A stretch of 64,000 nucleotides of DNA from an uncultured Desulfatitalea sp. (GCA_963668675.2 CAXXMB010000002.1:2400001-2464000); one strand, 5' to 3'; numbered from the stretch's first letter, positions 31,863 through 41,411 are shown. The notes: generated by a model not told the origin, from the letters alone. Made by a program: numbers and translations.

Positions 31863-33959
31863 CTATAGATCAACTTGGAAACTTGCGCCGTAGTTGCGTT
31901 CCGTGGCCGGATGACCCGACGCGTTGTAGTAGTCTTCGTCGAAGATGTTCTTGACCCACAGTTTCATGATGCCGTTTTTCAAGGCGCCGATTTGTTTGAA
32001 CAGGGTCTGCTGGATACCGAAGTCGAAGACGTGGTAGGCGTCGTTGTTCACCTCGGTGTAGGTCCAAACATCAGGCTGGGATTCCACCCAGTCTTCGGTG
32101 GTCTCCTCGCTCTGGTAGTAGTAATCGAGCATCAACACGGTGGGTTCGAAGAGCGTATAGCGCAGGCCGGCGCTGACGCGATGGTCGGCGCGCTTGGAGA
32201 GCTCTTCATCGCCGGCGCGTTCGTCTCCCCGGTTGTCAAATTTTTGCCAGGCGTAGGTGATATAAAAGGATAGCGGATCGGTGATGTGTCCGCCGATGCT
32301 TACGTCCACACCATGGCGGTGCACCCGGTCCAGGTTGATCTTGTAGTCGCTGTAGCGCAGGCTTCCGGCGCCAGCGCCTGAATATTGGGCGTGTTCGCGG
32401 TTGCTGACGATAAAATCTTCGATATCGTAAAACGCATAGCCTACCTGAAAAGAGATGTCCCGCCACAACCGGCGATCGAAGACCAGGTCGTAACCGATGC
32501 CGTGTTCAGGATCGAGCCAAGCCCCGGCCGGTCGGCCCTGGGGGTTGTAGTCGCCATGGTAGTCAGGAGCGCGCCAGATACGGCTGATCCCCGCGGAGAG
32601 GGAGGTGTCCCGCAACCAACCGGCCACCCCGTCCATTTTCCAGGTAGTGAATGATTTGGGGATGAACTCGTTCCAGTGGCGGTTGATATACTTATCTCTT
32701 CCAGGGATGTGGAACGACCCGTTGGACCAGTTGGAGACCCAAATCTTCACATCTTCGTAGCGCAACCCCAGCTTGACGTCGACCGATGGTATGATGCCCC
32801 ACTGGTGTTGTACGAATCCACCCTGTTTGCGGACGCGCTCTTTCTTGTCGTCATCGACCCCCTCGTCGTAGAGCTGGGTGATGTCGTATCCCACCGTTGT
32901 GACATGGTCAGGACTCCACTCGATCTCGTCCGTGATTTTGGCGCCCTGTTGCCACCAGTCGGTATCCATGACCGTTTTTTCCGTGTCACCCGCATTTTCA
33001 TAATAGGCCCGGTTGCGGTTGTCTTCACCATAGTAGGCACCCAGATCCACCCGGCCGATGGGTAGGTTTTGGGCGTAGTTGAGCCGGTAGGTGGCCGAGA
33101 TACTGTCCCAGGTGGGTTCTTGCTCCGGATCGAAGGAACCGGCCTCGGTTTCGGGGTAGTCCGAGTCATAGTCCGTGCCGGTGTTCGTAACTGCCGCTTC
33201 ACGGTCTGCGTCCGAGTAGGATCCGCTGACCGTGATGTGGCCGTCCTGAGGCAGCAACAACCCGAAGCGTCCGAAGACGGTGTCGATGTCCGCTTCGGTG
33301 TTACGCAGGTAGCCGTCGGTGCGGTACTTTTGATAGCCCAGGTCATATACGAAGGCATTGGCGCTGCCCTGTACCGACAGATTGCTGCTCGACGTGTTGT
33401 ATGAACCATAGCTGGTGCTGAGTCGGACATCGGGTTTGAGGCTGTCGCGGCGCTCGGGCTGACGTGTGACGAAATTGAGCACACCGCCGATGGCCTTGCT
33501 GTCGTAGAGAGCTGTGTGGGGGCCGGGCAGCACCTCGATCCGCTCGATGAGGAAAGCAGGCAGAAGGGCGTAGTCCACGATGTTGCTCGATTTGCGGCCG
33601 CCGGTTTTCTGGACGGTGAGGCTGTCGATGGCGGTAACGAAGCGCTTGGCGTCGAAGCCACGCATGTAGATGCTGTCCACACCGGGGTCGAAGTCGGAGT
33701 CGCCGCGAAAATCGATGATCGACTGGGTTTTCAATACGTCTACTATACTGCCGGGTGCTGCGATGGTAGGATATCGGTCGAGCTCGATCACGGTCTTGTC
33801 GGGCGTCACCATCAGGCCTGGGGCGCCGGCCTTCTCTTCGACCACCATGTCTTCAAGTTGTTTGACCCCCTCTGGCGGAGTGGCGGTATCGGCCGCAGGG
33901 GTGCCGATCATTAGAAAAAGCGCTGTACAAAACAACAAGACCAAACCAATCCGTTTCAT
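31863..33959 (-). CDS. TonB-dependent outer-membrane receptor
   Basis: Signal peptide, plug motif IERIEVL.GP.TALY..KAIGGVLNFVT, barrel end VKNIFDEDY...RNYGASFQVDL. Confidence 0.93.
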   Translation of the reverse strand: MKRIGLVLLFCTALFLMIGTPAADTATPPEGVKQLEDMVVEEKAGAPGLMVTPDKTVIELDRYPTIAAPGSIVDVLKTQSIIDFRGDSDFDPGVDSIYMRGFDAKRFVTAIDSLTVQKTGGRKSSNIVDYALLPAFLIERIEVLPGPHTALYDSKAIGGVLNFVTRQPERRDSLKPDVRLSTSYGSYNTSSSNLSVQGSANAFVYDLGYQKYRTDGYLRNTEADIDTVFGRFGLLLPQDGHITVSGSYSDADREAAVTNTGTDYDSDYPETEAGSFDPEQEPTWDSISATYRLNYAQNLPIGRVDLGAYYGEDNRNRAYYENAGDTEKTVMDTDWWQQGAKITDEIEWSPDHVTTVGYDITQLYDEGVDDDKKERVRKQGGFVQHQWGIIPSVDVKLGLRYEDVKIWVSNWSNGSFHIPGRDKYINRHWNEFIPKSFTTWKMDGVAGWLRDTSLSAGISRIWRAPDYHGDYNPQGRPAGAWLDPEHGIGYDLVFDRRLWRDISFQVGYAFYDIEDFIVSNREHAQYSGAGAGSLRYSDYKINLDRVHRHGVDVSIGGHITDPLSFYITYAWQKFDNRGDERAGDEELSKRADHRVSAGLRYTLFEPTVLMLDYYYQSEETTEDWVESQPDVWTYTEVNNDAYHVFDFGIQQTLFKQIGALKNGIMKLWVKNIFDEDYYNASGHPATERNYGASFQVDL

Positions 33960-33981
33960 AACACCTGTCCCTTTTTTTATT

Positions 33982-34179
33982 CTATTCGTTTTCAGCCGTG
34001 AAAACGATTCGATGGTCGACCAGATTCATGCCTTTGAGGCGCCCCCGAATGATCTTCTGCTCTCCGAAAATGGTCACTATGCGAAAGGTGTCGTTCTCCT
34101 GGGGTTCGAGGATATCCACCGATTCGAGCACCAGCTCCTCGATGCCGTTTTTTTCCATGTAGACATTGGCTTCACACAT
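33982..34179 (-). CDS. CooT-family nickel-binding protein
   Basis: MCEANVY...LESVD...IFGEQK...NLVDHRI. Confidence 0.9.
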   Translation of the reverse strand: MCEANVYMEKNGIEELVLESVDILEPQENDTFRIVTIFGEQKIIRGRLKGMNLVDHRIVFTAENE

Positions 34180-34609
34180 GATTCCATACCTCCTTGATCT
34201 CTTTTTCCACCAGCCGCTGTACGAAGTGCGGCAGGGGTTCGTTGACGATGCCGACGATCTGAATTCGCTCCTGGGAGAGCGGTAGCAATATCTTCAGGGC
34301 CGGGCAGGATGTGATCGCAGATGCCATCCGTGGCGTCACCTCCCCGAGCATGGCGTTGGCCCATGTGATGGCAATGGGACCGACCACACAGTCTGCCTGG
34401 GGAACGGTGTGGCAGATGGCATTTTCGCCGGAAGCACCCCGGTTGGCCCCGGCCTTGAGCATTTGGGAGGTGGCGATGGCGTTGGTGCCCAAGGCGATCA
34501 GTTCGATCGATTCGCCGAAAGCATTTTTCAGATACTTGATCAGCGTGGCGCCGATGCCTCCGCCCTGCCCGTCGATCACACAAATGCGCTTGCTGTTTGA
34601 CTGTTTCAT
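34172..34609 (-). CDS. DUF3842 family protein
   Basis: VIDGQGGGIG, ALGTNAIAT.QMLKAGA..GASGENA, GEVTP.MA. Confidence 0.9.
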   Translation of the reverse strand: MKQSNSKRICVIDGQGGGIGATLIKYLKNAFGESIELIALGTNAIATSQMLKAGANRGASGENAICHTVPQADCVVGPIAITWANAMLGEVTPRMASAITSCPALKILLPLSQERIQIVGIVNEPLPHFVQRLVEKEIKEVWNHV

Positions 34610-34616
34610 TTTGATT

Positions 34617-35960
34617 TCAATTGACTTTCTGCAGTTGCCGCATGGCCAATTGGGCGCTGCGGCGCTGTTGTTTAAAGTCGGCGGCGCGTTCAAAGGCCTG
34701 CCGGCTGGCATCGATATCTTTCGCTTGCCAGGCGGCATATCCCGCCATGAGCCAAGCCTTTCCGGTTCGGGAGTGTTTTTCGCAAGCCGCACAGCGATAA
34801 GCCGCGGATGCTTCGGCATACCGTTTCATCTCGTAGAGCAGATCGCCTTTGAGCATCATCAGCTCGGGGTCTTTCCCGATCCGCGGAACGTTGACCAGTT
34901 GCGCCAGGGCCGCTTCCGGCCGGTCCAACCGGCGATAGGCCAGCACCAGGCTTTTCAGTATTTGGGGATTCGGTGCGGTGGCGAGCATCTCCTCATAGAG
35001 CGGTGCCGCTTGCCCAGGTATCCCAAGTTGGAGGTTCAGGTCGGCCCACAGCCGTTTCTCCTCATCGGTGAGGGGTTTCAGATATCCATAGATGGTCAGA
35101 GCGGCAAGGGCGGTCGTATACTCCCCCGCGGTCAGCTCGAGCTGGCAGAACATCTTCCACCAGCGGGCCTCGGAGGGTGTTTCCCTGGTCAGCGCGCGGG
35201 CGTACGTGCGGGCCTTGGCGGTCATCTTCAGCTGAACATATTGATAGAGTAGAATTTCCTGCCAGCGGATGCGCTCTTTGCCGCTGTGCTCGGCGATCAA
35301 CGCCCCGATATAGGGCAGCGCCCGTCGCGCCTGGTTATCGGCCAGCAGGGCATGCACCCAGTGAACCTTCCAGGGGGTTTCGATCCGGTCCGGATGGGCG
35401 GCGAAGAGGCGTTCGAAGACGGCGATGGCCGCTTTGTACCGCTGTGCCGTCAGCAGGGATGCGGCGCTGTAGTACAGGTGTTCGGCGCGCTTGTCGGGCG
35501 ACCGCTCGTAGGCTTCTTTGAAATGGGCGGCCGCCTCGACAAACTTCTCCTGCTCGTAGAACACTTTGGCCAGATTGAGCCAGGCGGCCACCAGGTCCGG
35601 CTGCAGGCGGACCGCTGTCGCCAGCGCCGCTTCGGCCTGGTCGTAGCGCTCCTGGTAGAGGCGGCAGTTGCCCAAGGCGAAATAGATGATGGGGTGGTGA
35701 TACGCGTTTGGCGGTGTCGACGCGCTTTCCGGCGCCGGTCCTCCGCGAGATTGGAATTCGAGCAGCCGTTTGACGGCGGCCGCATAGTCCTTTTTGTCGA
35801 TCAGGTGCCCCACGTCGTTGAGCACCCAGCGTACTTTGGCCGGCAGCTTTTCAGTGTTTTGATCGGCCCGGACCGTCATCGGGGCGAGCACCGCGATAGC
35901 GAAAACGATCAGCGCCGTGCTAAAGGCCTGGGTCGCAATGCGTCGGCAGTGTTCTTTCAT
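34617..35960 (-). CDS. Periplasmic TPR protein of the TonB2 system (TtpD-like)
   Basis: Signal peptide and multiple TPR motifs; immediately follows tonB. Confidence 0.85.
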   Translation of the reverse strand: MKEHCRRIATQAFSTALIVFAIAVLAPMTVRADQNTEKLPAKVRWVLNDVGHLIDKKDYAAAVKRLLEFQSRGGPAPESASTPPNAYHHPIIYFALGNCRLYQERYDQAEAALATAVRLQPDLVAAWLNLAKVFYEQEKFVEAAAHFKEAYERSPDKRAEHLYYSAASLLTAQRYKAAIAVFERLFAAHPDRIETPWKVHWVHALLADNQARRALPYIGALIAEHSGKERIRWQEILLYQYVQLKMTAKARTYARALTRETPSEARWWKMFCQLELTAGEYTTALAALTIYGYLKPLTDEEKRLWADLNLQLGIPGQAAPLYEEMLATAPNPQILKSLVLAYRRLDRPEAALAQLVNVPRIGKDPELMMLKGDLLYEMKRYAEASAAYRCAACEKHSRTGKAWLMAGYAAWQAKDIDASRQAFERAADFKQQRRSAQLAMRQLQKVN

Positions 35961-35964
35961 GGGA

Positions 35965-36753
35965 TCAATCCAGTTCAAAGTGGATGGTGGTTTCGGCCCA
36001 CACGCGCACCGCATGGCCCTCCACCGTTCCGGGTTGGAAACGCCAGACAGATACGCAGCGCATGACGCTGTCATCGAAAATTTCCGGGGGTTGCGAGGTC
36101 ACGATCGTCGCCTGCTCGACCATGCCCTGTTCGTTGACGATAAAGCGCACCGTAACCGATCCCTCGATGCCCCGGCGTTTGGCGCCCAACGGGTAGATCG
36201 GCGGCCTGCGTGTCAACGTGATCAGCGGCTGGTCCAGATCATCGAGATTGAAAAGATCATCCAGCCCCATCTGATCAAGGTCGGATTGGATCGGGGGCAG
36301 CGCCAGTGTTGCCGGTCCGCCTGGAAGTCGGGTGTTGATTTCAACCGGCCACGTGGGCCGGTGTAGGGCCGCACTGTTCAAACTGGGCTGAGGCGGCCGG
36401 TGCTGCTTCTCGGGTTCAGGGGGTTGCTGCGGTTTGCGCTCCACAGGGCTTTCCGGTCGTTTGAGGCGCACCATCTGGATCTGGGGCAGCAGTGTATCGA
36501 AAGTGGGTTTGGCCGGTGCCGAGTGCAGCAGATGGGGCATCAGCAGAAAGAGCCCCAAGTTCAGTCCCATGGCCGTCAGTACCGCCAGGATCCAGGCGCT
36601 GCGGTTTCGCTGGCGCAATAGTCGGCGATACCCATCGGACGGAGAGCGTCCACTGCCTTCGGCGGATGCGCTGCCGGGGTTTTTATCTCCGACTTGTTTG
36701 CCCGAGGCGGCGGTGCGGATGGCCGCTTTCGTTGCTGTTTTCATCGTTTTCAC
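35965..36753 (-). CDS. tonB: Energy transducer TonB
   Basis: TM helix, Pro-rich linker, YP..A...GIEG.V.VRFIVN.QG.V...WRFQPG. Confidence 0.92.
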   Translation of the reverse strand: MKTMKTATKAAIRTAASGKQVGDKNPGSASAEGSGRSPSDGYRRLLRQRNRSAWILAVLTAMGLNLGLFLLMPHLLHSAPAKPTFDTLLPQIQMVRLKRPESPVERKPQQPPEPEKQHRPPQPSLNSAALHRPTWPVEINTRLPGGPATLALPPIQSDLDQMGLDDLFNLDDLDQPLITLTRRPPIYPLGAKRRGIEGSVTVRFIVNEQGMVEQATIVTSQPPEIFDDSVMRCVSVWRFQPGTVEGHAVRVWAETTIHFELD

Positions 36754-36782
36754 CTAATCCTTCACCCATCACCAGGCGTCCA

Positions 36783-37208
36783 TCACTGGGATGTCGCACC
36801 CGGCAGGCTGGCTGCCAGGGAGACATTCTTAGCACCCGCCATGCGACAACCGTCCATCACCTGTATGGCCGTCCCGGTGCTGCTGGCGCGGTCGGCGACC
36901 ACCACCACAGCGCCTTCCGGGTTTTCCGCCAGGGCTCGCTCAACATTGGCCCGTACGGCGCGCACATCAATTTCACGATGGTCCATATAGATTCGGTTGC
37001 CCGGGTCGATGGCGATCAAAATGGTGGCCTTGGACTGGTTGGCAGCGGTGGCCGCCGTGGGTCGGCTCACTTCGATGCCGGTCTCTTTGACAAAACTGGT
37101 GGTCACCAGAAAGAAGATCAGCAGGATAAAGACCATATCGATCAACGGCGCGATGTTCAGCTCGGCGGCGCTTCGGTTTCCTCTTCTGGCTGCAGTGATG
37201 TTGATCAA
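36783..37208 (-). CDS. exbD: Biopolymer transporter ExbD
   Basis: NIAPLIDMVFILLIFFLVTTSF. Confidence 0.95.
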   Translation of the reverse strand: MINITAARRGNRSAAELNIAPLIDMVFILLIFFLVTTSFVKETGIEVSRPTAATAANQSKATILIAIDPGNRIYMDHREIDVRAVRANVERALAENPEGAVVVVADRASSTGTAIQVMDGCRMAGAKNVSLAASLPGATSQ

Positions 37209-37277
37209 GATGGCCCCCTTCGGGGAAGTAGAAAAGTTTTAAGTTCAGGGTGAAAGCATTCTGTCGATCTACTCTCT

Positions 37278-37889
37278 TCAGATATGCCTTCGCAAATAGT
37301 AGCCCACCGTCGTGATTCTCTGGGCCAGATTATCGGCCCGCCGGTCGAGAAAGCCTTTCATGTAAAGTCCGGGAATGGCCACCAGAAGACCGGTCTGGGT
37401 GGTGATCAGCGCCTCGGAAATGCTTCCGGCCAGGGCTTTTGCGTTTCCCGTACCGAAGATGGCCAGAACATCGAAGGCGGCGATCATGCCCGTTACCGTG
37501 CCCAACAACCCCAGCAGCGGCGCGATGGCGGCCAGCACGCCGATGACGGCCAGATAGGCTTTGAGGCGCCGGTTGATATGGGCAACGCGTTCGTCCAAAA
37601 TAAAACGGTCAATCGTCCGGTCACCGCTGCGGTGCTCGAGATATTCGGCCACCAGCAGCGATACGATGCCCCGGTATTGCATTGGGTCGGGCATGCGTTG
37701 ACGGTGAATATGGTCCCACGCCACCCGGGCGCTCATGTTCTTCCGGCGCAGCCGCCGGAAGAAAAAGATCCGATCCATGATCAGGATCCACATGACCAGG
37801 CTGACCAGCACCAGCGGTAGCATGACGATACCGCCGTCGTTCAGATACGCTTCGAGTCGGAGCCAGTTTTGATTTAAAAATGATGCCAT
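37278..37889 (-). CDS. exbB: MotA/TolQ/ExbB proton channel (ExbB)
   Basis: APLLGLLGTVTGMI..F...ISEALITT..GL.VAIP. Confidence 0.92.
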   Translation of the reverse strand: MASFLNQNWLRLEAYLNDGGIVMLPLVLVSLVMWILIMDRIFFFRRLRRKNMSARVAWDHIHRQRMPDPMQYRGIVSLLVAEYLEHRSGDRTIDRFILDERVAHINRRLKAYLAVIGVLAAIAPLLGLLGTVTGMIAAFDVLAIFGTGNAKALAGSISEALITTQTGLLVAIPGLYMKGFLDRRADNLAQRITTVGYYLRRHI

Positions 37890-37944
37890 TTAATTCATGA
37901 TAGCTGTTAAAAGCGTCTCGTGTATAAAAGTAAAAAAGAACATT

Positions 37945-38136
37945 GAGTATGAAAGTAGAAAAGTAAGAAAGTATGAAAGTTAAGGTATTCCATCTGTTTT
38001 AGGTGTGTTCGACCCTGATTGTGTTCAGAAAATTCATATTGATGACAAAACATGTTGATTTTTCGGTCAATATGGTTTTTCCTACTTTCCTACTTTCCTA
38101 CTTTCCTACTTTCCTACTTTCCTACTTTCCTACTTT
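37945..38136. repeat. Intergenic element with inverted 8-mer tandem arms
   Basis: Seven perfect CCTACTTT copies at 38081-38136; degenerate complementary (g/a)aaagta repeats at 37945-37991. Confidence 0.9.
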
Positions 38137-38139
38137 GTC

Positions 38140-39576
38140 CTAATTTTCCAGTTTCCTATTCTTGTGAACGATGTTGACCAGGGCCACCGCCTTCTCTTCC
38201 ATTTGGCCGATACGGTTTTCAACAGATCGGTTGAGCAGGGTATGGGCCAGCATGATCGGAATGGCCACCGTCAACCCGAGCATGGTGGTCACCAAGGCTT
38301 CGGAAATGCCGCCGGACATCATACGCGGGTCGCCCGTTCCGTGATGGGTGATGACATGGAAGGTGTCGATCATTCCGGTTACGGTTCCCAACAACCCCAG
38401 CAGCGGTGCGATGGCGGCCAGCATCCCTAGCGTCGAAAGGAACCGTTCCATGGGAGGGATCTCCCGCAGGATCGCCTCCTGCAGCACGTTTTCCATCTCT
38501 TCACGTTCCATCAAACGGCAGCTCAGTCCGGCGGCGATGACCCGGGCGACCGGCTTGTTGCGGTCGGCGTCGCAGAGACGTTGGCAAATCTCCCATTTCT
38601 GTTCTGAGGCCCTTGCGGCAATGCGGCTGATCAGACCTTCTCCATCCGAGCGTTTGCGCCAAAGGAAAAAAATTCGCTCTGCAATAATTGCGGCGCCAAT
38701 GGCCAGAATGGCCAGAATCGGCCACACGATGGGGCCGCCTTTGGGGATTTGCTGCCACAGGTTCAGTTCATGGGTAAGTTGACGCAGGGCGCCTCCCCTG
38801 GAGATATCCAGGGGGATCTCTTCGCTTCGCCCCTCCATGTATGCTTCGATCCGGCGTTGAATACGGCCCGAGGGAAGTCGTGAGAGGGCATAGAGCTTGC
38901 GGCCGGCCGGTGAATAGCTAAGATATCCCACCTCGCCGTCGATGCGATAGGCGGCTGTAAAGTTGCCGATGGCCAGTATGTCGGCTTCGGCCTGCAAGCC
39001 GCTCCGGTCGACAATCAGTCCGCGTTGCAGGGAGACCTCTCCCGAGGCTCGAATCGTGTCCAGCAGGAGCGTGATCATTTTACGAATATCGCCCATTCCG
39101 GGGAATCGGGCCTGCCCCACGATGGATTGCAGAAAGTCGATCTGTGGATTTAAGATGGCCGTTTGCAGGTTCTCCTCGATCAAGGCGACCAGATCCTTGG
39201 CACCGACCCGGATGACACCCACCAACTCCCGGACCACACTGTCACTTTTGGCCAGACGCTGGGTGAGCGCTTTCTCTTCGGCCGTCAGGCGCTCCATATC
39301 ATCGGTGAGTCGACCGACGTCCGATTCCAATGCCTTGTGCCGAGCTTCTATGGCCGCCAACGCTTTTTTCAAGGCCGTTCGATCCCTGCCGATTTCTTCT
39401 TTGCTTTGTTTTGCCGCTTCTGCTGCGGCCTGCTGTTCGACGGCAGCCCGATCGATAAGCATCTGTCTGGCTTCGCGGGCCTGGATTTGCGTTTCGCGCA
39501 TATCCAGGGCGGACGCCGGAGCACACAGGATGAAGATGGATACGATTCCGATCAGAGAGTGTAGGGTCCAATTCAT
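38140..39576 (-). CDS. ExbB-like protein with N-terminal periplasmic coiled coil (TtpC-like)
   Basis: Signal peptide, coiled coil, P.D.S.G motif, C-terminal ExbB channel motifs. Confidence 0.88.
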   Translation of the reverse strand: MNWTLHSLIGIVSIFILCAPASALDMRETQIQAREARQMLIDRAAVEQQAAAEAAKQSKEEIGRDRTALKKALAAIEARHKALESDVGRLTDDMERLTAEEKALTQRLAKSDSVVRELVGVIRVGAKDLVALIEENLQTAILNPQIDFLQSIVGQARFPGMGDIRKMITLLLDTIRASGEVSLQRGLIVDRSGLQAEADILAIGNFTAAYRIDGEVGYLSYSPAGRKLYALSRLPSGRIQRRIEAYMEGRSEEIPLDISRGGALRQLTHELNLWQQIPKGGPIVWPILAILAIGAAIIAERIFFLWRKRSDGEGLISRIAARASEQKWEICQRLCDADRNKPVARVIAAGLSCRLMEREEMENVLQEAILREIPPMERFLSTLGMLAAIAPLLGLLGTVTGMIDTFHVITHHGTGDPRMMSGGISEALVTTMLGLTVAIPIMLAHTLLNRSVENRIGQMEEKAVALVNIVHKNRKLEN

Positions 39577-40349
39577 TGGATGGCCATCCTTCCCAGCGGG
39601 AGAGAGAGCAGCTCGACTGGTTGCCGCTTCGCACCGATTTCGATGGCGGTTTCGATGGCTGCATTGTAAGTACCGGGAAACGATTCCCAGCGGGAGGTCG
39701 CCACGTTGAACACGCCGCAGTGATTCTTATCCAGCGTCTGGAAAAAAAGACTCATGCGCCCCAGGCGGAAGATGTTGGTCAACATCTCCTGGTCGTTCAC
39801 CGCTATGGTTTCTTGATAGACCTCGATGGTGTTGCCGAATTCGGCTTCGATCATGAGGGCTTCCATCACCTTGCGAAATTTTTCGCTGACGGCGATTTCA
39901 GGATCTGCTGCCAGTTGCTCGAGCCGGTCGATGCGCATCCGGCGTTCGGATTGGAGAAACGGCATCCCGCTGGAAACAAGGGTCTCCAGGTGTCGGATGA
40001 CCTCTTCGACCAGAGGAGCGACTCCTGCCCCTATCTGCTCGATATCCGTCAGTTGCTTCTGTTTGGCGGCAATGCGCCGGTCGGCCTCTTCATTGGATTG
40101 CTGCAGCGCTGTTTTGCGGATCTCAAGTTGGGCGATGGTCTGTTCCAGAGCTTCATATTTGGCAAGCAGCCGTTCGCGCTCGGCGTGCCACTGCTCTTGC
40201 TCCTGTTGTGTTTCCTGGCGTGTGGCGATGGCATCACGGACCGGTTTTTCGATCCGGTTAGTCACTTCATCGGCCGCCACTGGTGTATGGGAAGCCAGCC
40301 AAAGCAGCACGCCTGAGAATAACAAGGTGATCAGCTTCGATCGTTGCAT
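39573..40349 (-). CDS. DUF3450 protein (TtpB-like)
   Basis: PF...ER..RI..L, SEKFRKVMEAL.IE.EFG, RLGR.SLFFQT.D. Confidence 0.88.
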   Translation of the reverse strand: MQRSKLITLLFSGVLLWLASHTPVAADEVTNRIEKPVRDAIATRQETQQEQEQWHAERERLLAKYEALEQTIAQLEIRKTALQQSNEEADRRIAAKQKQLTDIEQIGAGVAPLVEEVIRHLETLVSSGMPFLQSERRMRIDRLEQLAADPEIAVSEKFRKVMEALMIEAEFGNTIEVYQETIAVNDQEMLTNIFRLGRMSLFFQTLDKNHCGVFNVATSRWESFPGTYNAAIETAIEIGAKRQPVELLSLPLGRMAIQ

Positions 40350-40395
40350 GCAATCTCCTTTTCATCCTGATTCATCGAGGGCGACAGGGCTCGGC

Positions 40396-40451
40396 AAAAA
40401 AAAAGCCGGGAGATCGACGATCGGAATTCTTTCCGATGCGACCTTCCCGGC
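40396..40451 (-). terminator. Intrinsic terminator/attenuator ending 46 nt upstream of the TonB operon start
   Basis: Minus strand gccgggaaggtcgc-atcggaa-agaa-ttccgat-cgtcgatctcccggc followed by T9. Confidence 0.8.
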
Positions 40452-40523
40452 CTTGTTGTCTATTTCGTGTTTTTTACTTTGCTGCTGGGTTCTTGCGCGG
40501 ACCCCTTGACCCTTTTCCTATCC

Positions 40524-40552
40524 AAAAAAAGTTAATGGGCGTTCGGCCCATT
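40524..40552 (-). terminator. Second hairpin with U-tract in the same intergenic region
   Basis: Minus strand aatgggc-cgaac-gcccatt-aac-T7. Confidence 0.55.
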
Positions 40553-40682
40553 GCCGCTTAAGCTTTTACTATTCCGGAGCTTTCGTAGCCCTTTTGAACA
40601 TAAGTCTGCTATCTACTGAAATGGTGAAGCGTTTGTCAAGTGAAAGTGACAGCCTGGCCCGATATCGTTAAGTACCTACCGT

Positions 40683-41411
40683 TCAAGACTGCGCGCCGAA
40701 CAGTGCCCGCTTCAGCCAGGCCATCGACCAGGATAGCCATCGGACCTCGTCCGCTGCATCGGTCGGCGGCGGCTCGCCGGTGTCCATAGCCGGCAAGCCG
40801 TTGACGGCCGCCTGCGCTTTGAGCCGGTCGAGGTCGTAAAAGGCCATCGCCGCCCATTGCTGCTGGTCGGGGGCCAGTGGGCCGGGTCGCAGCCGATTCT
40901 TGAGGGCGATCAATTCCATCATCCGGTCATCGACGGCCAGGCCTTCTCCGGCCTGCTGAGATTCGAGCCATTGGCGCACCGTCTGCCTGGGGCCGTTTTC
41001 AAAGCCCCGGCAATGCCCTTCTTTGATCAGGGCGAAATGCTCGCTGATGTGTCCGTCTTTTCTGGAGCGTTGAATCGCCCTGGCCACCGGGTAGAGGCGG
41101 CACGAGGTGGGGCGGGCCGCATAGACGCTGCACCCTTGGGGCGTGACAAACGGGCACCGCTTTTCACCATCGTTTTGAAAGCGAAACATGGCCACCGGCA
41201 GGCCGGTCGATGGCCCGGTGTAGAGGACCACGTACTGATCGTGGATCTGGTCCCAGGAGAGATTCAGGTGGCTTCTGAGGCGCAAAACGTCATAGGGCGT
41301 CAGGGCCTGGTTGAGGTCCTGGCAGCACTGGTTGAAGCAGGCCACTCCCGGGCCGCACTGGAATTGGAAGGGTTCGTCAGGACCGATGGCAATGAGTTCG
41401 GGTTCCGGCAT
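40683..41411 (-). CDS. YkgJ-family cysteine-cluster protein (paralog of 24534-25316)
   Basis: FQFQC....ACFNQCC.DLN..L.PYDVL...CPFV...GC.VY.ARP.SCR.YP; AAGGAGGT upstream. Confidence 0.88.
   Translation of the reverse strand: MPEPELIAIGPDEPFQFQCGPGVACFNQCCQDLNQALTPYDVLRLRSHLNLSWDQIHDQYVVLYTGPSTGLPVAMFRFQNDGEKRCPFVTPQGCSVYAARPTSCRLYPVARAIQRSRKDGHISEHFALIKEGHCRGFENGPRQTVRQWLESQQAGEGLAVDDRMMELIALKNRLRPGPLAPDQQQWAAMAFYDLDRLKAQAAVNGLPAMDTGEPPPTDAADEVRWLSWSMAWLKRALFGAQS

Noticed and set aside
37945..38136. CRISPR array
   Set aside because: These are contiguous 8-bp units without spacers, and there are no cas genes in the window.
40350..40640. Cobalamin riboswitch upstream of the TonB operon
   Set aside because: Expected from context, but the conserved core elements could not be found by eye; only an isolated GGGAAGG within the terminator stem.
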